Shown: positions 12,698 through 25,141 of the stretch, in pieces
Layout: each line of letters begins with the position of its first letter
Position numbering within the stretch: the first letter of the stretch is position 1
Source of the DNA: Antedon mediterranea
Taxonomy: Eukaryota; Animalia; Echinodermata
DNA length: 64,000 nucleotides
Direction of reading: 5' to 3'
Assembly: GCF_964355755.1 (NCBI RefSeq)
Contig: NC_092674.1
Coordinates: 15,004,001 to 15,068,000, forward strand
Notes under the pieces: model-generated
What the model was told of the DNA's origin: nothing
The model's database searches: none
Seen by the model: the letters and a program-made list of their open reading frames with translations, nothing else
Position numbers and translations under genes: made by a program

Positions 12698-15541
12698 TGG
12701 AGAGTGACGTAGGTCACAAAGAGTCCAACCTCGGGCTAACACCTAATTTAGGTGAAGACGTTTTGGAAAACCTGGCTGCAAACAACTTAAATGATGTATT
12801 GCAACTTGAAAGTGGGTTATTAAACAAACATATTTAACAACTTTATCAATTGAAAGAATCGATTCATGCTACTTGGGAGACCTGTGTAGAATGGTTGCGT
12901 GCTTTGACGGAGGAGCCTTTATCGCCAAATGATACAAACTGGGCAAGGAGTATAGGCAATAGTTGGAACGGGCTACATTATGTAAGAAGAAAATTACAAA
13001 GTAATAAGAAGAAAGGTGTGATGTTTGTTGAATGGGAACAACAGGAATACAAATTACCTGGTGTATCAGGGCCTCGTCCAAAAAGGCCTAAACCTAGTTG
13101 TCATAATGAGGTGAAATGTCTTACAGAGGAAAATGACAGACTTAAACGTAAAGCACATCAACAGGTATTACAAGAACGTAGAGAAAAAAGAAAGTCTGCC
13201 ATAATAAAAATGCACTTGCATACAATTAAGAAACAAGAGAAAAGTATAGCAAAAATGAAGAGAGTTATTCCTAAAATACAAAAACGGAAAAGGAGAATTA
13301 TGTATGACTACTCCAAACTAAAAGTGAAGGCTACAAAGCTAGAGAGAAGGCAAGAAATGCAAGAAACTGAATACATATTGGAATTGGAGAAGAAGCTTGT
13401 ATCTACTGAACAAAAAAGCAATGAACTGAAGGAGGAGCTTATCCAGTGTCGGGAAATGAATGCTTTGTTGATTGATACAGCCATAGAATGGAGGACAAAA
13501 GTAGCCAGTCTGAAAGGTGAAACACTTAAATTTAAAGAGAATGGTGCCTTCACTAGTGATATGAGGGCATGCGTTTGGGAGCTTTTGGGTTTCCATGTCG
13601 CTCAAGAAAAAATTCCGAAAGTTATTGAGGCTGTCATGCAATTGGTAAAAAAGAAATTTGACAAGGTTCCAGCACCAAGTACAATTAGAGTCATGTCCGA
13701 TGAGATGCTGTGTGTTGCACAGTCTCAATTGAATGAATTGTCATCTGTTCAGAATTTAAGTCTGCAAACAAGGATTCCTACCTATTTGGTATGCGACACA
13801 TGGTAGACAAGGCATCACAGACAACATTGGACACATTAAAAGAAATACTGCACGACATCAATCACACATGCTCACATATCAGCAGCACAGACAATTCTGG
13901 ATTCAAAATTCTCACAAAAATTCATTCAACAATGTCAGATCGAGCCAAAACTGAACATAAATTTCACAACATCTTGGAAACATACCGGAAGGAGTGTTTG
14001 CCCCTGTACGTAGATGACTGGAATAACCTACTTTAGATGAAGAAATTCAAGAGAAGTTAACAAAACTTCATAAATTCTTCTGCGGTCTTCACCTTATGGT
14101 GGGTATGGCAGATACTGTCAATGCAACCCTCAAGACAATCGAGGGGTTGCACGAGGTTTCTGAAAATGATGAATCATCCAGCATGGACAGTTTGTAAATC
14201 TCTTGCCAGAGGAGCTGATCCAAAAAGTGGAAGGCACAAAGATTGGAAAACCTACTGTGCCAAAATACACCACCCCGAGTACACATCAATGTTGCAAACT
14301 TTTAAGGGTAATAGGTTTAACATTATATTTCTTTTGGGTGGAAATGTTTTTTACTTGAAGGAGCATGTACTACAATGTCTACAGGAGGTCCCAGAACCTA
14401 AAAACAAACTTGTCCGTGCAGCCATTTCCCTGATGGAATCGCCTTTTAATGTTGCTGGGTGCAAAGCACTAGGTATCTTGGAGATGAATGAGCACTACCA
14501 TCGCCTGAAGCACTTCCTGATCAAATGCAAGGATGTAATTGTAAGCGTTGTGGAAGATTTGATGGATGGCAAAATTACTCCATTTCCAGAAGAACTGATT
14601 CAACGGGATAATCTTTCAGAGGCACTGACAATGAACGACGACAGTTCTCCAACTGTAACAACCATCTTACAGGCTTGCTTGGCATTGCTACAGCTGTATG
14701 TAGAAAGAACAGTTGATGAACACCTTCCTGAAGGTTTATATTGGGATGCTGATAACGATGTAAGGGATGTGACACGAAGCACCCCTAAGCACAACAAGAA
14801 TCCAGAGATAGTGTTTGGATTGCTTGACTACCTGTGCCATCACAGACCAAACTCGTCGGCCCTTTCGAATGAGGCGGTACTAATGTACGTCTATAACAAA
14901 ACAAGCAACTGGCTTAAAAAAAAATCAACGGAAGAGGTAGCAGATTTGTGTGACAAAGTAAAGTCAAGATCGAGAGAAATGCGAGCACAGTTTAAAGTGA
15001 GAGAGAAGGAAATCTTGGAGGCCCACATTAAAAAAAACCAGGAAGAAGCACAGAAACTCAAAGAGAAGAGAGACAGAAAGCTGAAGAAGAAAACAGTGCT
15101 AACAGAAAGTGTGATTGACAGTGGCCTATGGCAAACAGAAGAGAAGGTTGATGCGGTAATGCAGGGTGTAGAAGCGATGCAGAAAGAAAGAGGGCAATCA
15201 TCAAACAACTCAACTTTAGAAATGAAGTACTTCAACAGCATTATACAGGATTCATTCCAAAAATCTTCAATGCCACATTCACAGACAAATCGGGAAAACA
15301 TGTACGAACATGGGAGGAGTTGCGAGAGTGTTTACTCGATTTAATCAACGCTGCTCTTTCTGTTGCTACGTCGGTTTCAATTTCAAAAGATACGAAAGAG
15401 AGAGGGAAGCTGCCGATGCTTATAGGCAAGACAGTAAATCACACCTTTGAAGATGGAGTAACCTATCAGGGAAAAGTTATTTCTGTTCATGGTTCAACAT
15501 TAAATACAAAAACGATGAAAGCATTTACTCATACCAACTAA
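12698..15541 (+). pseudogene. frameshifted DDE transposase (hAT-like)
   Basis: N-terminal coiled coil; TMSDRA; FFCGLH (CxxH, ~14075-14092); FKGNRFNIIF; PKHNKNPEIVFG (resembles hAT P..N..E..F); C-terminal LIGKTVNHTFEDGVTYQGKVISV; several stops and frameshifts. Confidence 0.7.
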
Positions 15542-15544
15542 TAG

Positions 15545-16262
15545 ATCTTTTTGCGCATCAAAATATATATTGTATATAAATTATTAGTAAACATATTAAT
15601 GTTTGTTGCTATGGTAACTGTTCGTCTTAAAAAAGTTAAAAATTATTTAGTTTGCTGACAATTTGTTAAAACTAAGAGAATAACTTTGTTTTTGTATGCA
15701 AACACTCTTAAATATCGAGTTAAATCCAATTGTTTATTTTCTTGTTTACATAAATTCTGGTTGCCATAGTAACTTATTTCTAAAACATAATCATATTTGT
15801 TTTAATGTGGTTGTTGTCACTTGGTACTAATAGTACCTATTGGTGAAAAAACAATGAAAAAAAAAAGTTTTATATATATTCTACACTTGTTTACCTTTTT
15901 GTAGGTTGACATCTTTTTGCGCATCACATTCAAATTATTAGTAAACAAATTAAAGTCTTGTTGCTATGGTAACTGCTCATCTTATGAAATTAAAAATTAT
16001 TTAGTTTGTTGACAATTTATTGAAACTAACATAATAATAATATATAGTAATAAATATGCGTAAACATTGAGTTAAATCCATTTGTTTATTTTCTTGTTTA
16101 CACAAATTCTGGTTGTTATGGTAACATATTCGCAATGCCGAATATAATAAAAAATTTGCCAAAATGGGGTCGTTGAGACTTGAGGTACCTATAGGTGAAA
16201 AAACATGAAGAAACTATGTTTCATATAGATTTTACATTTGGTTAAAGTTGTTTACCTTTTTA
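15545..16262. repeat. two diverged ~360-bp subterminal tandem units
   Basis: atctttttgcgcatca...gttgctatggtaac...ttgtttaccttttt repeated at ~15545-15900 and ~15911-16262. Confidence 0.75.
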
Positions 16263-17438
16263 TGAATATTTAATTAGCTTGATAACTACCTATATATACA
16301 TCTGTTTTGACCAATATTCCTCATATATAAAAAAAAATCATGATTTTTCAAATTTTCAAATTGCGATAACTCTAGAACCCAATGTCCAAATTGACTAAGG
16401 GAGGTGGCAAATAAAAGCTATAATCCTAACCTTTCTTACTATGCTAAAATGAAGTGAATTCAATGCCTTTCAATTTTTCATGAAATATTGCTAGTAATAG
16501 TAGGCATCTACGCTAGTTCGCCGTGGCGCAGCTATTAAAATGATCCATCGCTGTTAGTCTGTAGAGTAAAATAGAGTTGCCGATTACCTCGGTCTGGGCA
16601 TGCGCAATAGCGTGTCGGATTCCCTAACGCTGGGCAGTTGTTTTCCGATGCCGGAATCCTAACCACGGCGAACAATATAAATAATCTGATAAAGCTCTTG
16701 ATTGTTATGTTAAAACGATCAAAGTAAAAACATAAATAATATAACAATCTGCTGTTGTTCAATACTCATTGTTTCTTATTAAAGGCATTATGGGCGTGCC
16801 ATATAGCCTAGATATTATTTGGTTTAAGGTTTTTTTGGTAAATTCATAGTTTTTAACATAAATTCTAACGATTTTTGCTATAAAATTTGGGTTTCATAAT
16901 AAATCAATCGTTTGGTAGGTATTTGCAATAGGTATTCTGATTGTTTTAATTTTGGTTCAGATTTGGTTCAGTAGGACTTTTCTCCGTGATGGTATTTAGA
17001 GGACCTACCTAGGCCTAGTAGTAGCTAGAGTTAGTAGATGAAGAGTGAGACTGAGGCTCCTAAATCTGAAGAGTCAATCCCTCAATTATCATGGAGGTGT
17101 AGTCTAACCCCCTCAATCCGCATCACGATGATTTTTATCACAAGCCTATTATAAACACTCACCAATTAAACATTCATAATGTATAGGCCTTGTTTATCCA
17201 TTGAACTTTCATAAAGTAAATAACTTCTATCAACTTTAGAATTGCAGCTTCCTCTTCTTCACACATGGCCGGCAGGCATCATGCACGTACACGCATCCAT
17301 AAGGTGGGGTTAGAGAGAATAAGAGATAGATGTTCCGCTGGCCGCTGGTTATATATGGAACGGCCAAATTCATGGCACGTCATTAAGGACAAAATTTGTA
17401 TTGATAATTTCATTGTTGAACATGACAACGCCATGTTT

Positions 17439-19366
17439 TAGACAAGTAAAGTTCTATTTCCCCTGAAATATGATGTAAGAAGCATTTTTGGGTATAAGCT
17501 GGGATCCACTTGATTTAGGATATTTTGACCTCACTAAGCCCTTAATTTGCATAATTAAAAATGGCGGCCATTTTTTATAATTATCCTATATCTCGAGAAC
17601 CACTAGTCACAGATAATTAATTTTGATTTCAAATTGTTTTAAATATATGTTTTTATATTCACTTTAATGACACATTTTGTAAAAAAATGGATGCAAGTCT
17701 TATTTCTGACATTTTGACCTTTGACCTTTATTTGTCCTATCTCAGCAACCAATAATCGGAGAGACACAACGTAGGGCTCAGATTGTTCAGAAACTACACA
17801 TTTATATTTATTATAATGACATGTTCTTACACAAAATGGCCGATTTTACAACTATTGACTTTTGAACTATTAGTCAAATATAATAATATAACTCTGAAAA
17901 TTGTGGTCTTATGACATTTTTTTCCTTTTTAAATTGTTTAAAACATGTGTGTTTCTATCCAGTCTAATGGCACATTTTGTACAAGAATGGCCGATGTTCA
18001 AAGGTAAATAACCATACTTACAGCATAGGCCTACTGTATAATAAAATTGCATAACTATGAAATTATTTATACAGAAAAATAATTAGTAAAATTATAAAAT
18101 TCACTGCCATCAAATATGTTGTAATATGATTTACATAGATTTAAAAAAATTGGAACACGCAAGTTACATTTGGAAATTATCTGCCATCAATATGATGAAT
18201 TATGATTATAGATTTAAAAAAGAATTTGAACACGTAAGCTACATTTGGAATGAACATGTATGTTAATGGCATCAGTTTTGATCGTTCATGCAAAGGTTTC
18301 CGTCATCTTCTTTAGCGTTGTTACAGCGCGGCATAAAGCTGTACATGGTAGTTTTGACTTCTTGCACCTACATCTATTGGTTATACATCGTGTCTTGCAT
18401 CCACAATAAATCATCTCTAACAAAGCAGTAGGAATAGCTTCATTTTTCAGAAGCACTGGTTGAAGTTTACCATTAGATAGCTCCCAACCAAAATCTGTTG
18501 ATGATGGCAAATGCTGGATTGGCGATACAGCTTTTTTCCATACGAGTGCTCTTTTTATATGCTGGTGCACTGCATCGCTTGTTGGAGGTAATGCCTCTGG
18601 TTTTGGGTTTTTTTTTTTAACATGGCATGCCTAACTTCATTGGTACTTTTAACTTTTTGAACAACTCCGTAAACGTAGCAAATGAATCTTTCCGATTTCA
18701 TAATAACTTGGTCACTGATAGGTTGTTCTCCCAGCCCAGGTCTTTAATTAGTTCATGATTTTTCTTGAATACTTACCGTGCTGATGCCTTTGAGTGACCA
18801 CTTAGATATGAGGTAGTATCACATCCAGTAATAGTGTGAAATGAAATCAGTGCTTTTGCAGAACCCTCGGGCAAGGCTTGAAAAATGTCTTTTATAGGAA
18901 GATACTTTCTTTTTCTTTGATGTCCCTGTCATCATCCATATATCTTTGGATACCATGCTTTGGTAGTGAGACACTAGAATCACTAGTACGTCTGTATCTC
19001 TAGAAACAACTACAACTGTGTCGTATCGGACATTGGCAGCATGGTCAAACTTTTTGGCATTACAAGATAATATAGCAGATCTGGCACGATTTCTATCAGA
19101 GGAGTTAATTCGTCAAGCTCCTATAGACAAAGAAATTGTCACAGCTGGTGGATTTATGGAAGAATCAGTTGTTAAATCATCAACAGTCTACACGAATACA
19201 TTGTCTCTGGTCGGAATTCATGAAGAAGCGGACACGCGACTTGTTCTTCATGCTGCCAATGTCCGATACGACACAGGTGTAGTTGCTTCTAGGGATACAC
19301 AGACATACTTGTGATACCAAAGCATGGTATCCAAAGATATATGGATGATGACAGGGACATCCAAAA
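17439..19366 (-). mobile_element. truncated Academ (3' end) with inverted distal segment
   Basis: minus strand encodes TGCDTTSYLSGHSK, LPPTSDAVHQHIKRA..W..FGW and CGCKTRC..RCRC..LPCTALC; + strand 19044-19361 encodes WSNFL..HEEADTRLVLHA; subterminal ttttgacct repeats at 17520-18000; left terminus approximate. Confidence 0.8.
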
Positions 19367-20479
19367 AATAATATTCCCTGAATATATAAAACTCATACAA
19401 TTTTTAGGCCTACACAAATTACCAAGAAATATTGCTTACAACATTTTTTTTTTGTATTAAATATGCTTTTTTTTATTCATATTATATTTAAAAGAATCTT
19501 CAATGAAACTGCGTAAAAGTAACACTTTTGAAATACCCTTCATGAGAACTGAACCTTTAACAATATTTTCCTATCCCATATCTGATGAAATTGATATCTG
19601 TGTAATTATTTAGAAATGTTTAGTGTGTAGCGTTTGCTATTTTTTTTTTAATTTTGTCTGTTCTTTGTATTCATTATGTGTAATTTGCCTATATAATATA
19701 AATCATTTTTGTACAAATATTGCAATTCAGCGTTTTATTCTGCAATGTATATTTTTTATATGATTGACTGAATAACGATACCGAATAAATATATTCTGAA
19801 ATGAAGCCTATAATGTAATCCTAAAATATAGTACTGTAGGCCTACACACCGAGGAAGGGCGTTATAGCAAGAAACGTTTCTAATTTCCCAACCGCCAACA
19901 AACGTACTCATACTATATTCAAATAATTCTTCATCTATACACACCACGGTCTCAGCAGTCGCTATCAGTTTTAAATATTGTTTGCTACTCAAGATTACGC
20001 GTTTTAGTTTTATTTATTAGTATGTATGCACCACGTGTAAAACCCCAAAAGGAGATTTATAACATCTTTTATTACGCCTTACTATCATTAAGTTGAGTTC
20101 GGCTTTAACTGTTTAATTTGTCGTCGTTAAATATTATTTTTGTACTAAATTACAGTTGCAATTATTTTCTGAATTTAGTATGAAAGAAGATGCTAAATCA
20201 GAGAACTTGAAATTTGAGGACCCGGAAGAGCAAAATGTGCAATATCTTGCGGTTGATCCAAAGATCGACCATCACAAGTAAAAGTAGTATTTTGCTTACA
20301 TTTGACTTTTCTATTTAATACATTATTTATTACATGCTATATGTTATCTTTATGTTCGATTTAGTATATTTGTGTTTCTTATCAACTTCCTAGGCATTTT
20401 GACGACGTTCATGTGAGAGGTTCACCTGTTAATCCAAAGATCTTCCAATCTTTAGCTAGTTTTCGCCGAAATAAAAAAA

Positions 20480-20930
20480 AACAACCTGGCAATAGCCCAT
20501 GTTAATATAAAGAGCCTGTTGGCGAAAATTGACCAACTTCGACTGTACTTATCAAGTCATAGTATACAGATCTTTGCTATAGCGCGGAGACCAAATGCGA
20601 TGATTCAATTGGTAACAACCAGATCATCATCGCAGGGTATAACCAGGGAGTCCTACTTCGTATGGACAGAAATCGTAACGGTGGTGAACTTGTAATGTAT
20701 ATTTCAGATTCCATTGCCTTTAAAGTAAATCACTATAATGATATTAATATATATCTCAGTGAACCTCAGAACCAAGCGTGGTAGCACTCTCACTGTCAAT
20801 ACGTCGTACAAGCCCCTATCAGCCATGGTTTCTTATTACGAGGAACTAAGTCAACTCCTTGAATTGTCGGGAGTCCATAAGAACGACTACATTCTCATTG
20901 GAGATCTAAATACAAACTTATTCTACTAAT
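20480..20930 (+). pseudogene. LINE APE endonuclease fragment (CR1/L2-type)
   Basis: HVNIKSLLAKIDQLRLYL..ETK.DDSI..IAGY..RMDRNRNGG..MYI..YKP..ILIGDLNTNL across frameshifts. Confidence 0.7.
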
Positions 20931-21185
20931 TAAAAAATGGAATTTAAATATGGTAACTTTTCAATTTTAATGTGATGTGTGTGTGATCTCAACCTGTAGG
21001 CATGCAACTGAATACCCTCTATAATGTGACTTCACGGCGGTACAAGTGAGAAAATATGATAAAGCTTCTTAATGAGTATGTCCTTTTGGGACATAGCTGG
21101 CTAAAGCCGCGGCGCGAAAATCTGACGGAACATGCGCCAAAGAAACTAAAGATATCCTTCTTGAAGAAGTTAACACTTTGAAAAG

Positions 21186-22010
21186 TTGTATGCCAAAGAG
21201 GACATACATGCAATTGATATTCAAAATTATTTAAATTTAATAGACCTTCCAAAGTTGACACACCTTGAAAAGAGGTCACGTGAAGGAGAATTAACCTCCG
21301 TAGAATGCGAAGAAGCGATACGGAGTATGAAACAAAATAAAGCGCCCGGTACTGATAGTCTCACGGTAGAATTCTATCAGACATTATGGCCCAAGATTGG
21401 CGTATTAGTTTGCAACGCTCTCAATCTATGTTTTAAAATGAATCGCTATCGACTACGCAAAGAATGGGAGTAATTAACCTAATATTTAAAAAAAGGTGAT
21501 CATGAAGACATAAACAATTGTAGACCCATAACCCCTTAAACACTGACTATAAAATTGCCGCCTTCGTTTTAACAAAAAGGCTACAAAATGTTATTAAATT
21601 TAAAACAATTGTGAGCAATGATCAAAAAGGGTATATTAGAGGCCGATTTGGTGATGAAAACATCAGATTAATCGAAGATGTACTTAAATATATGGATACT
21701 AGCAAGTTAACAGGGGCATTATTAAGTTTAAACTTTAGAAAAGCTTTTGACACAGATGACAGAAATTTTCTTGTTAACATTTTGTACCATTTCAATTTTG
21801 AACCGTCTTTTATTGTATGGGTCAGAGTTCTATGTGCTGAAACGGAATGTATTATTTGGAACAATGGATGGTGCTCAAAAAGCTTTAAAATGTTTAGAGG
21901 TATAAGACAAGGTTTTTCTTTATCTGCCCTTCTGTTCATCTTGGTTGCTGAAATTATTGCGTTAAAGATAAAAAATGATAAAATGATTAAAGGTATACTT
22001 TTTACTTCAA
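21186..22010 (+). pseudogene. L1/Tx1-type reverse transcriptase fragment
   Basis: MKQNKAPGTD.LTVEFY, RPITL.NTDYKI, DQKGYIRGR..NIRLIED, FRKAFD, NNGW..RGIRQG..LSALLFILVAE. Confidence 0.8.
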
Positions 22011-22139
22011 CTATTAATTATTTTGCTGTTTTCGTTCCGTTCAAGACTTACGGTGTGTGTCTCCAGACGTTGTAATGACAAAATAGTATTATCCATTACC
22101 GTTGAAATATTTGCATCCTTCGTAATACTTTATCTTGGT

Positions 22140-22247
22140 TTTTAGTCGTGTGCAACGCGACTCTACAGCTCACTATGTCGGTCGGTCGGTCGGTAAACAC
22201 TAACTCAAAGTTGAGCACGCGACTGCAGCCATGTATATGGCCTTGTT
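22140..22247 (+). mobile_element. minimal HINE/DINE-1-like (Helentron-associated) element
   Basis: 5' agtcgtgtg..acgcgact palindrome, (GGTC)n, 3' subTIR cacgcgact, hairpin gccatgtatatggc, ends TTGTT in a T-rich site. Confidence 0.75.
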
Positions 22248-22995
22248 AAGTAGTACGTGAAGCCTACCTCGCAGTTTTCCTTTGAGCTTTGGAATTTTCC
22301 GCCGAAGGTCTGTTAAGCCCTCTCCAGAAACGACCATAGATGGTGAACTGAATATGGTAGAAGACTCAGATGGAAAATATAGTTTGTGTTCGGATCCAGA
22401 CGTTGAACAATACAAATATTTGGTTGAAGAAGGAAATAGGAAATTACAGTTTAGGATAGGCAACATTTTTCTGAATTTAGATTAGGTTTTTTTTAAACGA
22501 AATGATTATAAAAGACTGTTTTCTCGGGACTGTACATTTTAAACGTAATATCCTTTAGGCCTATAGTATCCCATTAGCATAGTTCAAGATTTATTTAGAT
22601 TTTCACTCCGATGAAGTGCATACATGGTGACTGCGTTGTTCCATCCAACCTACTATATTTATAGAAAACACAACGAGGACAATTTCACCTGTAGGCTAAG
22701 ACACACAGACCAATGCGATCAAGTTGATTGATAGCCTTGCACAGAAGACATTACATGGGCTATGAGAGGTCTACACAACGTACTATTTTTGGTATCTTTA
22801 TGTATGCCTACATATATCCACAAAACCTACATCTATGTTAACATTGAATATTCTCATCCCTAAGGCGGGATTTTAACGCATTTCTAATAACTAATTAGTT
22901 CCAGATTTTTTGACAATTGTGGGGTAGGAAGGAATAGTGCAGTTTTCCTTGGTCATAATTGTTGGTATCAATATATAAAGCAATGTCAATGATTG

Positions 22996-23365
22996 TTTAT
23001 TTATTTATTTATTTCATTTCCCAACCAAGATTGAACTTATGGTTCACCACTTACAGGAGGGAACACAGACAAACACGTAGACATACAATAAAAAATATTA
23101 AACTAAACTACTAACAATGTTGCGAAACTTACGGAAATTATTACTAAAGGTATCTATCTAACTCATGGTTTCTTAAAGTAAAAGATTTATAAGTTTGACT
23201 TAATCTATTAATAAAACCATTTTTTAAAACATTTACTCTACAAACAGGAATATGAAACGTAGGATTTTTTCTAAGACGACGACTAGGGACTCTAAGATAA
23301 AAATTACTAACTAAGTTACAGTCAAATAAAGAATTAACACATTTATACAAAAAACAAGACCAAAT
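22996..23365 (-). mobile_element. CR1-type LINE 3' end
   Basis: ORF2 C-terminus YKCVN..F..PSRRLR..FHIP.CR.N..KN.FINR followed by a 3'UTR and an (AAAT)n tail at 22996-23014. Confidence 0.65.
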
Positions 23366-23440
23366 AAGGTTCTACTGGCTCAGGAGATTTGACATGGAAA
23401 TGAAAATCAGGATTCTGGTTGTGGCTGAATATGTAGCGTA

Positions 23441-24158
23441 AACAAGGCCATATAGATGGCTGTAGTCGCGTGCTCATTAGTGTTTACCGACCGACCGACC
23501 AACCTACCAACTGACCAAAATTACTGAACATGTTTAAAAATGTTTAAATGTTTAAAAACATTTATAATTTTTTAATTTACACGTGCGTAGCCTGTCACTT
23601 TTGATGTGCTCGTATAACATAATTTCGAGTTGAAAAGTGAGTCAAGAAAACAGAAATCGGGCAAAAAGAGTGCGCAATAACATTTAACGCGCAGTGCGCG
23701 CGCAAAAATCTGCGCACTCATGGCAATTTTGTAAACGCTTAAAATTGCCTGAAACGTACTCTTATTTCATCGAAAATAAATTTTGAAAATGTTATGCGCG
23801 CGTACGCATGCGTTACATGCGCTACGCACGTAATTGTATTGCCATATGATGATTTATGCCCTGAAATGTATGAGTACCAAATTTTATTTAATTGTGATTC
23901 ATGGTTGTGAAGATATGATTACAAACGTGATTTCGTTAAATCGTGCGTACACCGCGTAATTTTTTATTGCGCACCGTGAAAACGTAACCACATCGATTCC
24001 TGGCCATAAGGGAATATACTGTGAAAAATTGACTTAGCTAAATTAAACTGATATCAAGATAAGGTCAGAAAGCGATAAAACGCATAGTGATACCAGACCG
24101 ACCGACCGACCGACCGACCGACATAGTGAACTATAGAGTCACGTCCACGCGACTAAAA
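23441..24158 (-). mobile_element. HINE/DINE-1-like element, full length (~715 bp)
   Basis: subTIRs agtcgcgtg/cacgcgact, (GACC)n microsatellites near both ends, 3' hairpin gccatatagatggc, T-rich target. Confidence 0.85.
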
Positions 24159-24289
24159 ACGGTTATGCAGACGCTGAATGTGCGTAGACTGAGTTTTCGA
24201 AATAGAATTAAAAATAACAGAACTAAAGTTGAGAATTGGATGGATAATTGAAAAATAAAGGTGGATTTTGGTTTACCTGTCAAAATGTT

Positions 24290-24860
24290 TACAATTACGC
24301 CACATCAGCCCAAGCAGTCTATTGCACTTGCCAACAAGATAATCAATATGAAAAGAAAAACAAAGGAACTATCGATAAAAACACCAAAATCTTTTTTGCG
24401 ATTGCGCCCTATTAATGGGATTGTCATTAATTAAATAATTATGAAATAAAATGTTCTTTTTCAAAGTAATAGTTAAGATATTGCACTTTACTGGATTGAG
24501 GGATATACCCCATAAAGCTGCCCAAGAACATAATTTGTCTAAGTCCACTTGAAGCCTGTCAGCATCCTCAACACTAAACCAATAATTTTGTAACATCATC
24601 AGCAAACATAAGACATCTGGAGTGGGTAAAGAGTTTTTGGAATATAATTGACAAAAAGATTGAAAAGTAGAGGACCAAGAATCGATCCCTAATAAGGGAC
24701 ACCGGAATGAATAGGAAGCCATTTAGAGGATATACCCCCAATGACCACTCTATGGAACCTACCATTAAAGGCCAGGTGCGGGCAAAACATTTCTATTGAC
24801 CATACATTCCAATAATTAGAAAAAAAATTTATCGATCTATAGTTTCCCCTATGTTTCATA
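24290..24860 (-). pseudogene. CR1-type RT fragment
   Basis: SKWLPIHSGVP.GS.LGPLLF, LMFADD, LQVDLDKL.SWA..W...LNP.KC. Confidence 0.8.
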
Positions 24861-25141
24861 ATTTTTGGGATTTTGTTTGTTTTACACGAGCCTGTTGAAA
24901 ATAAGCACTTTCTTATCAGTGGGGGGATCCCCAATGTAAAAGATATTTTAAATAAAACAAATTTTATAGACAAATTTAATAAAAAAAACATCTACTAACT
25001 GGATAAAGCCATTACAAACAAATACTAAACAAGTTGATCATAACGGGTGGTTTCAAAGGCCCAATGCAAAACAACAACGTTAACAATATTATGTATAAAG
25101 GACTCCAACCTTGATAATATTTGTTAAATAAAACTGATTTT

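Larger units (their letters stand above)
10933..16493 (+). mobile_element. hAT-like DNA transposon with 7-bp TSD (hATw-type)
   Basis: GTAATAG flanks both sides (10926-10932, 16494-16500); very short termini TAGCGA...TTGCTA; subterminal tandem block 15545-16262; encloses a transposase pseudogene. Confidence 0.65.
10702..16674. mobile_element. MITE (~0.4 kb, ~80-bp TIRs) split by the hAT-like insertion
   Basis: cgccgtggtt.ggattccggca...gacacgctattgcgcatgcccaga at 10706-10783 is inverted at 16593-16670; exact termini and TSD ambiguous. Confidence 0.75.

Noticed and set aside
20480-22010. Single LINE with EN+RT
   Set aside because: The endonuclease looks CR1/L2-type, the RT looks L1/Tx1-type, and the spacing is too short; treated as two fragments
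22200-22485. Possible host exon (overlapping 67/88-aa ORFs)
   Set aside because: No recognisable domain; one ORF runs into a HINE; no consistent splice structure
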